Positions 16,340 through 24,411 of a stretch of DNA of 24,524 bases are shown here, piece after piece. Each line of letters opens with the position of its first letter. The first letter of the stretch is position 1. The stretch comes from Halalkalibacterium halodurans (GTDB lineage Bacteria > Bacillota > Bacilli > Bacillales > Bacillaceae_D). A model generated the notes under the pieces. It saw nothing but the letters and a program-made list of their open reading frames with translations. It was not told where the DNA came from and did not search any database. A program made the translations under genes and the position numbers. Where the stretch lies: contig NZ_SNUY01000064.1 in assembly GCF_004376175.1 (NCBI RefSeq), positions 1 through 24,524 on the forward strand. The letters are read 5' to 3'.

Positions 16340-17911
16340 CACTAGCGTTGCACAAAAAAGTGAAGACAAAGTCAAGGGTACAGAAATGGAATATTATTGA
16401 TAATTATTCCATTTTATAACTTTACGAAATATTCAGTTTTATTTTTTTCTTGGTAATCAAGTCAAAAGGATAAGGGGGGTCTGTTTGAAGGTAGTCCTTA
16501 TCCAATTTTTTACAAATTAGTAGATAGGGTCATAACTTAGGTCGTTTAAATGTTGGGTATCACCATCTTCAAATTGTGCTAAGGTTTCGTTGAAAATCCG
16601 GTCATGATCAAGTCGCCTTCGACCCTTTGATGATCGCTTGGGCTTTTTAAATAGCTCCTTTAGAAAAACAGAGAAGCTTCTCCACCAATATTCTTTTATA
16701 AACTCAAGCATCTCAAGGAGAGTTCCTTGATAACGCACTTTCTTCTTCATTAATAAAGTTAAACAGAAAGTAATCATGGCGATATAGACTTGGTTGTAAA
16801 CGGCATTGGCGCTCTTTCCATAACATTTTTTCAGAACCATATGCTGCTTCATCCATTTGAAGAACAACTCGATTTGCCAGCGGCTTCGATAAAGATCACT
16901 GATTTCCTCTGCGCTCATCTTTGCATCATTTATGATAATCGAGATCTTGTTTCCTTGACTGTCCAGCGTTTCAATCAATCGTAGAGGGTATTTCATTTTT
17001 CCTAGCTTGACCACCGCCTCACGAAGAATATCGGAAGATGGGTCCACAGGCAGTTCTTCAATAACCTTGATGACCGTGTTATCTTTTATTCGAGTACAAA
17101 ACCGAACGTTATTTTTACAGTAATCGTCAAACTTATCGAAATCGAAATATCCCCGATCAAATACGTGAAGGGCATCCTTTTCGATGACCATCAAGGCATC
17201 CAGTTGTGTGGAATCTGCCCGCCTGGCAGGGGTGATGATGATCTTATCCGGGGAAATCTCCCCTTCATGAATAACGACACGGGTATGTATTTTCACTCCC
17301 GCTTTTGTATTTCGGAAATGAGCCCATCGATACTGGCTAAGACAAAAAGAGATGGTAGTAGAATCAATGAGATGGATTTTGCCTAATAAAGCATTTCCCT
17401 TTTCCTTCCCGAATTCCCGGTGGATCTGTTGGACTAAATGATGAAGGATGGATTCAAAAATCTCTGGTGGCAAATCAGAAAGTTTACGGGATAATTGGGA
17501 TTTACTGATGCTTTTTAATCCAAGTTCTTTTTGTAATTTTTTCTTATGCCGCACTTTAAAACTAATTTCCTTTAGACTTGATAACTGTTTCAATTGAGCA
17601 TAAATAAAGAGTTTGATAAAGGTGAGGCTATCTAGTTTTTTAACATATTTATCCACTTGCATTTGATCAATGATTTTAGAAATGACTTTCATGTCTGTCG
17701 GTTGAATGTATTCCTTAAAAACCGTTTTTGTGTTATTCTTGTCCATAGGTTTACTCCTTATAATTAGGATATGGACAGGACTTCGTACCTTCTGTCATCT
17801 AATTATAAGGATTTTTTTATGAAGTTGAAGACTAGTATTTACCATAAATTCAATAAAATTGAATTTAATTACACCTTGACAAATCTTTTTTTATTTAATG
17901 CAACGCTAGTG
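16340..17911 (-). mobile_element. complete IS4-family insertion sequence (1572 bp)
   Basis: Perfect 13-bp terminal inverted repeats: CACTAGCGTTGCA (16340-16352) and TGCAACGCTAGTG (17899-17911). A subterminal GTCAAGG is shared at both ends. It carries a single transposase ORF and is flanked by a 9-bp direct repeat. The interior is more AT-rich than its surroundings. Confidence 0.85.
16517..17746 (-). CDS. IS4-family DDE transposase
   Basis: 409 aa. DDE context is IHLIDSTTISF and LHVFDRGYFDF. The Y-(2)-R-(3)-E-(6)-K signature is YRSRWQIELFFKWMK. Confidence 0.9.
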   Translation of the reverse strand: MDKNNTKTVFKEYIQPTDMKVISKIIDQMQVDKYVKKLDSLTFIKLFIYAQLKQLSSLKEISFKVRHKKKLQKELGLKSISKSQLSRKLSDLPPEIFESILHHLVQQIHREFGKEKGNALLGKIHLIDSTTISFCLSQYRWAHFRNTKAGVKIHTRVVIHEGEISPDKIIITPARRADSTQLDALMVIEKDALHVFDRGYFDFDKFDDYCKNNVRFCTRIKDNTVIKVIEELPVDPSSDILREAVVKLGKMKYPLRLIETLDSQGNKISIIINDAKMSAEEISDLYRSRWQIELFFKWMKQHMVLKKCYGKSANAVYNQVYIAMITFCLTLLMKKKVRYQGTLLEMLEFIKEYWWRSFSVFLKELFKKPKRSSKGRRRLDHDRIFNETLAQFEDGDTQHLNDLSYDPIY

Positions 17912-17920
17912 AGATCGAAT
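17912..17920. repeat. target-site duplication (right copy), AGATCGAAT
   Basis: See the left copy at 16331-16339. Confidence 0.85.
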
Positions 17921-18294
17921 ACATCCGTCACGTTTGTGAACATGTTGAATCTGGGCGACTTGATTTTACGGAGTTGGAGGGAGCTGAGGCTACCACAGTC
18001 ATCGAAAAGCTGACGGCTATTAAAGGAATTGGCCAATGGACAGCCGAAATGTTCATGATGTTTTCCCTCGGTCGACTGGATGTGCTATCTGTAGGTGATG
18101 TGGGCTTACAACGAGGGGCAAAATGGTTGTACGGCAACGGTGAAGGTGACGGAAAAAAGTTGCTCATTTATCATGGGAAAGCGTGGGCTCCTTATGAAAC
18201 CGTCGCTTGTCTATATTTATGGAAAGCTGCTGGGACATTTGCTGAAGAATACCGCTCACTGGAAGAGCTTTTACACCATGGGAATCAATGCTAG
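17921..18294 (+). pseudogene. 3' part of the AlkA-like HhH-GPD glycosylase gene
   Basis: Removing the IS and one duplication copy joins ...KRKIE to YIRHVCEHVESGRLDF...IKGIGQWTAEMFMMFSLGRLDVLSVGDVGLQRG in frame. The helix-hairpin-helix/GPD motif and catalytic Asp context are present. The restored ORF is 666 nt (221 aa). Confidence 0.8.
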
Positions 18295-18304
18295 CCTGAA
18301 TCGA

Positions 18305-18333
18305 GAATAGCTTTTGTTCCCCTCCTTATACTA
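18305..18333 (+). promoter_or_regulatory. forespore (sigma-G/F-like) promoter candidate for the SASP gene
   Basis: GAATA (18305-18309), a 17-nt spacer, then TATACTA (18327-18333). The remembered consensus is GHATR ... CATxxTA. Confidence 0.45.
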
Positions 18334-18362
18334 TAGGTAAATGAAAAAGAGAGGTGAAAACA

Positions 18363-18545
18363 ATGGCTAGAAGCAGAAACAAACTCCTCGTTCCTGGGGT
18401 AGAACAAGCGCTTAACGAAATGAAATATGAAATCGCGCAAGAATTTGGTGTTCGTTTAGGATCTGATACAACGTCACGAGCAAACGGCTCTGTCGGTGGA
18501 GAAATCACAAAACGTCTCGTTCAGCAATCCGAAAGAGAATTTTAA
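18363..18545 (+). CDS. alpha/beta-type small acid-soluble spore protein
   Basis: [60 protein letters not shown] carries the two conserved SASP blocks ([10 protein letters not shown] and [12 protein letters not shown]). The start is set at ATG 18363, 8 nt after GAGAGG. Confidence 0.9.
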   Translation: MARSRNKLLVPGVEQALNEMKYEIAQEFGVRLGSDTTSRANGSVGGEITKRLVQQSEREF

Positions 18546-18558
18546 TGATATGAAAGGA

Positions 18559-18587
18559 AGCGCATGCGACGCTGCATGTGCTTTTTT
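18559..18587 (+). terminator. intrinsic terminator after the SASP gene
   Basis: AAGCGCATGC pairs with GCATGTGCTT (one G-U pair) across the loop GACGCT, followed by a T-run. Confidence 0.7.
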
Positions 18588-18827
18588 AAGTTTACCTATA
18601 AAGGGAAACATGTCATCCAGTGTTTCAGTCATCTTTTTTAGTGACGCATGATGCAGGAAGATTAAACAAGTTAATAGAGTCTCGGAATAAATAACAATTT
18701 TCCGGGTGAAATGAACCAAAATTACTGGAAATTGGATTGGAATGGCCTGCACACTCATTATTTTCATTGTATTTTCAAAAATGTGCATGACAAAGAAACC
18801 TATTGCCATTATTTTTTTAAAAATTGA

Positions 18828-20330
18828 CTAGGCGGCTTTAGGAAAGATGATTTCTTCAATATTTAACTGCTCTTTCTGACTGCTGTACCAAGCATCGATG
18901 TGCTGACACATCATTATGGCGTATAGGCGAATGTACCACATTTTTGTTGACCGGTGGCGTCCAGATTCCAAGTGATAATCTATTTTTTCTCTTTTATTAG
19001 AACGTTCAACAGAGGTTCTTCGTTTGTATATAAGTTTCCACTTTTCAGAGGACCTTGGTGTTTTGGTAAATAATCGTAGATTATCCTCTCTGAATGTATG
19101 GAATGTCCGACCATATTTTGCTTTTGAACACGGTGATGAGCATGTATTTTTGGTACCGCAAGCAAGTGGACAACGCCATTTTTGCCGATTTTGAGATTTG
19201 TCAAACCCGTTGGGCTTCATCTCCTTCCCAATCGGACAGATTGGAACACCTGTTGGAGATATTTGAATATCACTTTCTGTACTAAAGTTCTTCTTTGTTC
19301 GAACATTTAAATCGATGAAGGGTTCCACATTTTGATGTTCAAGTAGCTCATAAATGGCCTCAGCATCGTGCGCTGCATCAAGAAGAATTTTATCAATCGT
19401 GCCCAAGGTGTACCGTTGCGAAAATTCAATTGAACTAACCACTAGGCTGACTGAATCATGCCGGGAAGCAGGATGCAGCCGTGGATATAGCGGTAAGTCG
19501 TATTGGCTATCGCTAGTGGATATCATGTAGAGATGATATCCGTTGAAGTACTTTTCCTTAGAACTATCCCAGCCTGAGTCGATGTCGGGTTGTGAATACT
19601 GGCGTGGGTGAGTACAGTTCGTTAGTCCTTGGGCACTACAATTACAGGTTGATTTACTTCTCGGGTACCTAGCTGTTTCAATTGGTGTCCCATCTCCAAC
19701 TACACCTAGAGCTTCGGGATCCCCAAGAAGACCAAGTTTCGTAGAAACCGCTAAAAATTGGGATTGAAAAAACTCAAATAATCGGTCTCCTGGCAGTTGT
19801 TTTTGTTTGGAACCATAACGCATTGCCCGATCAACGAGTTTACGAACAATTCCGGGATTCTTAGGTTCAGCTTTTTCACCCTTTTTAGGCTTCTTTTTCT
19901 TTTTTGACTTTTTCTTTTTAGGTTTGACCTTCGGCATAACATTCGGGCTTTCGAAGGCCCATAAACGTTTGAAAAAGTCTTCAAATGTTCCAACACCTGG
20001 TGTGTCACCGGGTTCAAAACCGCTAAGAATTGCATACAACGGAACGCGACGAAGTTGATCAACCCAATGAGTAATACCTTTTGTAGGTTGAACAAATAAT
20101 GAAAGCAGATAAGAACGCATCATAGAAGCAGGGTCACGAGGCTTTGGTCCCTTTTTGGAATAGGAATCACCAAGCCATGTAGTTACCGAAGAGAGATCAG
20201 TTATCCAAAGCTTTTTAATTACTGGCCAATCCTTATTAACAAGGGTAAGAATGCCGCCAGAATAATGGGCATTTAACTGATTTAGAACGAAGTTTTGATA
20301 AGTTTCGTGGGCAATAAACGTTGGTTTCAT
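18828..20330 (-). CDS. DDE transposase, IS1182-like (DUF772-type N-domain, Cys-rich insert)
   Basis: 500 aa. The N-terminal block is RDPASMMRSYLLSLF...VDQLRRVPLYAILSGF. There is a poly-Lys linker (KPKKKKSKKKKKPKK) and a Cys-rich segment (CPIG...WRCPLACGTKNTCSSPCS). The Y-(2)-R-(3)-E-(6)-K signature is YKRRTSVERSNKREK. Confidence 0.85.
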   Translation of the reverse strand: MKPTFIAHETYQNFVLNQLNAHYSGGILTLVNKDWPVIKKLWITDLSSVTTWLGDSYSKKGPKPRDPASMMRSYLLSLFVQPTKGITHWVDQLRRVPLYAILSGFEPGDTPGVGTFEDFFKRLWAFESPNVMPKVKPKKKKSKKKKKPKKGEKAEPKNPGIVRKLVDRAMRYGSKQKQLPGDRLFEFFQSQFLAVSTKLGLLGDPEALGVVGDGTPIETARYPRSKSTCNCSAQGLTNCTHPRQYSQPDIDSGWDSSKEKYFNGYHLYMISTSDSQYDLPLYPRLHPASRHDSVSLVVSSIEFSQRYTLGTIDKILLDAAHDAEAIYELLEHQNVEPFIDLNVRTKKNFSTESDIQISPTGVPICPIGKEMKPNGFDKSQNRQKWRCPLACGTKNTCSSPCSKAKYGRTFHTFREDNLRLFTKTPRSSEKWKLIYKRRTSVERSNKREKIDYHLESGRHRSTKMWYIRLYAIMMCQHIDAWYSSQKEQLNIEEIIFPKAA

Positions 20331-20472
20331 TTGGGCACCTCAATCACAAGTAGTACGGGAAAATAATCCCTTCACCGGCGAGTATTGTGGTGTTTTTGAC
20401 AAGTCAAGTGTTTCTTGTCGAATTCGAGAAAAAATATTGATAATTAATTTCCAGATTTAAAAAATGAACATT

Positions 20473-20500
20473 AAAAAATCCCACCTAAAATAGGAGGGAT
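20473..20500 (-). terminator. minus-strand terminator-like hairpin upstream of the transposase gene
   Basis: The minus strand reads ATCCCTCCT-ATTTT-AGGTGGGAT followed by TTTTTT (9 bp with one mismatch). It could block read-through into the transposase, or it could be a relic host terminator. Confidence 0.45.
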
Positions 20501-20638
20501 GAAATAAATTGGTTTGAGGAAAATCCTTGAACCACAAAGCTCGGCGAATGCCGAGAGTCTATGTTAAAGGTAGGAGGAAGGAAAAGCGGTACGTCGTTTA
20601 TCATTTGGTAAGTAATTCTTATAACGAGGAGGGATATA

Positions 20639-20788
20639 ATGGAACGAGTTAGTGATCATTATGCAACGATGGCGCTCACAGAGCCACAGTTGAACCAAAT
20701 CCGGCAATTAGAGGAACAGCTTCGTAAAGAAACGAATAAAGATGTTGTGCTCATCGCCTATGAAGAAAGTGATCACAATCCGACATAA
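20639..20788 (+). CDS. hypothetical 49-aa protein
   Basis: Not in the ORF track. MERVSDHYATMALTEPQLNQIRQLEEQLRKETNKDVVLIAYEESDHNPT. A very good SD (GAGGAGGG) is 7 nt upstream, and the stop runs straight into a hairpin terminator. Confidence 0.55.
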   Translation: MERVSDHYATMALTEPQLNQIRQLEEQLRKETNKDVVLIAYEESDHNPT

Positions 20789-20826
20789 AAAAAGGTGCCT
20801 GCTCGCATTAGCGATAAGGCACCTTT
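20787..20826 (-). terminator. intrinsic terminator of the AbgT-family gene (hairpin shared with the convergent 49-aa ORF)
   Basis: AAAGGTGCCT (20791-20800) pairs with AGGCACCTTT (20817-20826). The long U-tract is on the minus-strand side. Confidence 0.75.
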
Positions 20827-20833
20827 CAATGAT

Positions 20834-22378
20834 TTAAGGGCGTGGTGGATAATGGATTGGTGAGTCAGGTCCAAGATCAATGCCGAAGAACATCCAGACC
20901 ATTAACATAATCGTCCAAACGATCGTAAACACAATTGAATAAGGAAGCATCACCGAAATTAACGTACCGATGCCCATTTTTTTATCATACTTTTGCGCAA
21001 AGGCGATAATGATCGCAAAATAGGTCATGAGTGGTGTAATAATATTCGTTGTAGAGTCGGCAATCCGATATGCCATTTGTGTTAATTCTGGCGAATAGCC
21101 GAGCTGCATCATAATTGGAACAAAAACAGGTGCCATGACGGCCCATTTGGCTGAAGCACTTCCGATAAACAGGTTAATAAACCCTGCAATCAAAATAAAC
21201 GCCAAAATGAGCGGAATCCCTGTCAATTGGATGTTATCTAAAAAGGTAGCACCGTATACACCGAGAATGAGGCCCATATTTGTTTCGTTAAAATACGCAA
21301 CAAACTGCCCTGCAGTAAAGGCGAGGACGACGAACATTCCCATCGATGCCATCGTGTCAGACATTTGACTGGCAACGTCCTTGTCATTGCGAATCGATTT
21401 CGTGATTGCCCCATAAACAAGACCAGGGACAAGAAACAGGATCAAGATGACCGGGACGAGCGAACTCATAAACGGCGATTGAATAATCGGGCTGTCTCCT
21501 TCCCCGCGCAGCGGTCCCCATTCAGGAATAACAAGAAGAAGCATAAGCGCGAGCGTGATGATGAACGATATGCTCGCCCACAAAAGTCCTTTTTTCTCTT
21601 CTGGCTTTAAATAATCAATGCTCTGTTTTTCGAGCGATCCTTTAAAGGCTCCGAGCCGAGGCTCTACAATTTTATCGGTTACAAACCAACCAGCAAGTGT
21701 AAGGACGAAGACAGAAGCAATGATAAAGTACCAGTTCATCGCATAGTTGATGGTTTCCGCATAAGCAGGATCAATCGTAGCCGCTGCTTGTTGTGTCAGG
21801 GCGCCAAGCATTGGATCGGTTGCCGACAAGAAGATGTTCGCACTAAACCCTGCCGATACCCCAGCAAAGGCGGCGGCCAAACCTGCGAGCGGGTGGCGTC
21901 CGAGAGCAATAAACAGCATCGCTCCGAGCGGTGGAAGGACCACATAACCAGCATCAGAGGCCACGCTTGACATAATTCCGGCAAACACAAGAGTGACTGT
22001 AATTAGACTTTTCGGTACTGCTGTGACAAGTCCGCGCAAGCTAGCACTAATGAGACCGCTTCGTTCGGCAATCCCAATACCGAGCATCGTTGCTAGAACA
22101 ACACCAAGTGGAGGAAAATTAATAAAATTGCTTACCATACTGGTGAAAATGTAAGCGATCCCTTCACTTGATAATAAGTTCATGACTTCGACTGTTTCCC
22201 CAGGATTGGCAGGATCGTCAACCGAAATGTTAAACGCAGATAAAATACCTGAAGCTACAATAACTAATAACGCTAAGATAGCAAATAATGTAATTGGATG
22301 AGGTAGGCGGTTTCCTGTTACTTCAATAAAGTTCAGGAACTTTGTGAAAATCCCGCCTTTTTTCTTTGGCCCTTCCAT
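20834..22378 (-). CDS. AbgT-family transporter (p-aminobenzoyl-glutamate / short-peptide type)
   Basis: 514 aa. The N-terminus FLNFIEVTGNRLPHPITLFAILALLVIV and FPPLGVVLATMLGIGIAERSGL are characteristic of AbgT/MtrF. SD AAAGGAG is 8 nt upstream. Confidence 0.88.
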   Translation of the reverse strand: MEGPKKKGGIFTKFLNFIEVTGNRLPHPITLFAILALLVIVASGILSAFNISVDDPANPGETVEVMNLLSSEGIAYIFTSMVSNFINFPPLGVVLATMLGIGIAERSGLISASLRGLVTAVPKSLITVTLVFAGIMSSVASDAGYVVLPPLGAMLFIALGRHPLAGLAAAFAGVSAGFSANIFLSATDPMLGALTQQAAATIDPAYAETINYAMNWYFIIASVFVLTLAGWFVTDKIVEPRLGAFKGSLEKQSIDYLKPEEKKGLLWASISFIITLALMLLLVIPEWGPLRGEGDSPIIQSPFMSSLVPVILILFLVPGLVYGAITKSIRNDKDVASQMSDTMASMGMFVVLAFTAGQFVAYFNETNMGLILGVYGATFLDNIQLTGIPLILAFILIAGFINLFIGSASAKWAVMAPVFVPIMMQLGYSPELTQMAYRIADSTTNIITPLMTYFAIIIAFAQKYDKKMGIGTLISVMLPYSIVFTIVWTIMLMVWMFFGIDLGPDSPIHYPPRP

Positions 22379-22664
22379 AGTGAATCTCCTTTCTCGTGTT
22401 AATTCTGTTAGACAAGCAAAAGATTTCTGACAATTCTAGCTGTGCAAGCGCATTCCATTCTATAACAGATTTGTCCTTAGGAAAACCGTTTCCTTGGAAA
22501 ATCAAACTTTAGTCCTAAAAGTTTTATTAGAATAATAATGTCTGTAATAAAACTAATCTCTAAACATTGAAGTTAGCTCATAAAAAAGAGAATTGAATTT
22601 AATTCCAAACCAACAACTAAATTCTAATATGTAGTAATTTATTTCTAATTTAGATTTTAATAGG

Positions 22665-22694
22665 TTGTTATATCTTTTTTTTAATTGGTATAAT
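22665..22694 (+). promoter_or_regulatory. candidate extended -10 promoter for the bacteriocin-like operon
   Basis: TTGTTA (22665-22670), an 18-nt spacer, then TGgTATAAT (-10 hexamer at 22689-22694). It lies in very AT-rich DNA, so the chance of a false match is real. Confidence 0.4.
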
Positions 22695-22883
22695 ATAACA
22701 TGATATGAAATTAATGATCTATTGTTTTATTATAGCATCTGTTAGTCTTTTTACCTATATTGCGGTGCTTGTACCCAACTCCTAATCATTTTAAGGAGGT
22801 GATTATTATAAGAAAAAAATTAGTTTCATCGTTTAATTAAGTATTTAGTTGGTTCAAATTATTTTAAGGAGGACTAATAAAGA

Positions 22884-23288
22884 ATGAAGTTGAATTTAAG
22901 AAAAAAATTGATTGCTGGGGTAACTTTTTTAGGGATTTTTGGCGCAATGTCTGGTGTGGCACTAGCTGAAGATGATGCAGTAGGGGGCTGGGTTGAAGGA
23001 GAAGGCTATTGGACAAGCAAAGACAACTATGAAATAAGAAAGAGTAGCTCACCTACTTCTCATCAAGGATGGAAGCAGGTAAGAGAAAGAAGTGGAGGAA
23101 AGCAGTACCGAGCTGTAGGAGTGACCCAATGGAGCAAACAGCATTATACAAGAGCACAAATGGTAGGCCGGGTATCAGGATATGTACATGCTGATAGTTA
23201 TCGAGTTTGGGGTACTGATTCCACTGAGGCTCGTTCACCATGGATATCAAAAAACTATCAAGCTCGTACATTCTATGGATCAAAATAA
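22884..23288 (+). CDS. Sec-secreted 106-aa mature protein, lactococcin-972-like bacteriocin candidate
   Basis: Signal peptide MKLNLRKKLIAGVTFLGIFGAMSGVALA|EDD. The mature part has no Cys, 6 Trp and many Tyr/Lys/Arg. The blocks GGWxEGxG, NY, H, WSK and a C-terminal FYG loosely parallel Lcn972 (GTWQHGYG ... SNYHH ... VWAKA ... FYYNFW). A strong SD (AAGGAGG) precedes the ATG. The CDS call is firm; the family call is tentative. Confidence 0.6.
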   Translation: MKLNLRKKLIAGVTFLGIFGAMSGVALAEDDAVGGWVEGEGYWTSKDNYEIRKSSSPTSHQGWKQVRERSGGKQYRAVGVTQWSKQHYTRAQMVGRVSGYVHADSYRVWGTDSTEARSPWISKNYQARTFYGSK

Positions 23289-23307
23289 ATGAATACTCTA
23301 AAACTAC

Positions 23308-23334
23308 AATGAAGCTGTCATTGGCAGCTTCATT
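23308..23334 (+). other. intercistronic stem-loop (possible partial terminator / mRNA-stabilising hairpin)
   Basis: A perfect 10-bp stem, AATGAAGCTG (23308-23317) with CAGCTTCATT (23325-23334), and a 7-nt loop. The weak T content afterwards (CCCATTTG) suggests a leaky terminator at best. Confidence 0.5.
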
Positions 23335-23361
23335 CCCATTTGTCAAAAGGGAGTTGACGAT

Positions 23362-24411
23362 ATGAATCAGGCGGCCATGACCAAATTAAGAAAAAATGGA
23401 ACTCTTACGATCGGTGCGTTGTTTGGATTGTTCAGTCTGTTAATGATGGCGCTGAGTGCCTTTCAAATAAAACAAGATGAGTTAAACATGGTCACCCGAG
23501 GATTATATGACCCAAGAGCAGTTGCCTTTACGTTTGAAGACCTTGGTCAAGCGATCGATTGGAAAGAGATAGATACTGATAGACCATTTACTGTTTTCAC
23601 GAATCCAGATGAACCAATTCGTGGGTTTTATTATCAGCGTGAAACGTATATTCCGCCAATGATATCTGGTCGTTTTTTTAAAGAGAACGATTTTTATCGG
23701 GGTCAAAAATATATAGTTGTTGGTCAAGCGATCGACCAGCAGACTATTGACAATTGGCAGCAACAAGGTTATAGGCTACTTGGGATTATGGGTGCCTCCT
23801 ACGCATCTGCCATTGATCATTTAATTCTAGTCAATCTTGATGCTATGGAACAGGGGAAACCGGCTGCTTATTACAATGAAGACGGGGAACCAGTGGCCTC
23901 TGAAATATATGTAATTAACAGTCATGACAAGCTAATTGTAGGGGACGAGTTACACTTTAATCATCATACAGTATTTAGGGTGAACACAATCGCGCGAGAA
24001 GATGTCGGAGTTTTTCGTTTTTTAGAGTTTAGCCTATTCCAGATTATTATTTCGGTTCTTTCGCACGTGCTTATTTTCAGTTTAACACTGTTATTTAGTT
24101 TTTATTGGCTCGAGAAACAAAGAACAGAATGTATAATTCTCTGGCATTTAGGAATTCAGTTAAGAAAGCCGTACAGTCGGTATGCTCTTACGTTATTTGG
24201 TTTGCTATCAATTTCGTATGGTTTAATAGGGATTCTTACATTGAGCTGGATGCTGATATTCAATCATAATCTACAAACAATCATCTTCCACACAAACAAT
24301 ATGTTGATTGGGTATCTCCTTATGCTCCTAGCGATCAGTGCTTCGATTAGCTTAGGCAGTTGGAGAGTGAAAAAGACTATTTATAGAAGGGTAGTGTCAA
24401 AAGTTCTATGA
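23362..24411 (+). CDS. FtsX/DUF1430-like 4-TM membrane protein (putative bacteriocin immunity / ABC permease component)
   Basis: 349 aa. TM1 is about residues 15-36, followed by an extracytoplasmic domain of about 170 aa, then three C-terminal TM segments. This is the classic FtsX/MacB-type topology. ISGRFFKENDF-type and C-terminal segments are reminiscent of bacteriocin-associated integral membrane proteins. SD AGGGAG is 8 nt upstream. Confidence 0.7.
   Translation: MNQAAMTKLRKNGTLTIGALFGLFSLLMMALSAFQIKQDELNMVTRGLYDPRAVAFTFEDLGQAIDWKEIDTDRPFTVFTNPDEPIRGFYYQRETYIPPMISGRFFKENDFYRGQKYIVVGQAIDQQTIDNWQQQGYRLLGIMGASYASAIDHLILVNLDAMEQGKPAAYYNEDGEPVASEIYVINSHDKLIVGDELHFNHHTVFRVNTIAREDVGVFRFLEFSLFQIIISVLSHVLIFSLTLLFSFYWLEKQRTECIILWHLGIQLRKPYSRYALTLFGLLSISYGLIGILTLSWMLIFNHNLQTIIFHTNNMLIGYLLMLLAISASISLGSWRVKKTIYRRVVSKVL

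Larger units (their letters stand above)
18600..20500 (-). mobile_element. second insertion sequence (IS1182-like / IS4-IS5 superfamily); boundaries approximate
   Basis: A transposase ORF is flanked by about 240 bp and about 170 bp of non-coding AT-rich sequence. I could not find convincing terminal inverted repeats or a target duplication by eye, so the ends are only a guess. Confidence 0.4.

Noticed and set aside
18474-18809. Track ORF of 111 aa on the minus strand, downstream of the second transposase
   Set aside because: Its 3' part is antisense to the SASP gene and crosses the SASP terminator. It has no SD and does not look protein-like.
19751-20095. Track ORF of 114 aa in an alternative frame inside the IS1182-like transposase (possible frameshift product)
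   Set aside because: The main frame is continuous over 500 aa with all catalytic motifs. The alternative ORF is a by-product of the A-rich poly-Lys tract, and no slippery-site logic is needed.
18709-20469. Possible ends of the second IS: inverted 9-mer CTGGAAATT (18725-18733) with AATTTCCAG (20446-20454), and the direct 8-mer AAATGAAC on both sides
   Set aside because: The inverted match does not extend beyond the 9-mer. The spacing between the inverted and direct repeats differs at the two ends. Both lie in AT-rich sequence where such matches arise by chance.
21135-21990. Several 60-81-aa ORFs on both strands within the AbgT gene
   Set aside because: They are nested in a continuous 514-aa transporter CDS with family-typical motifs.
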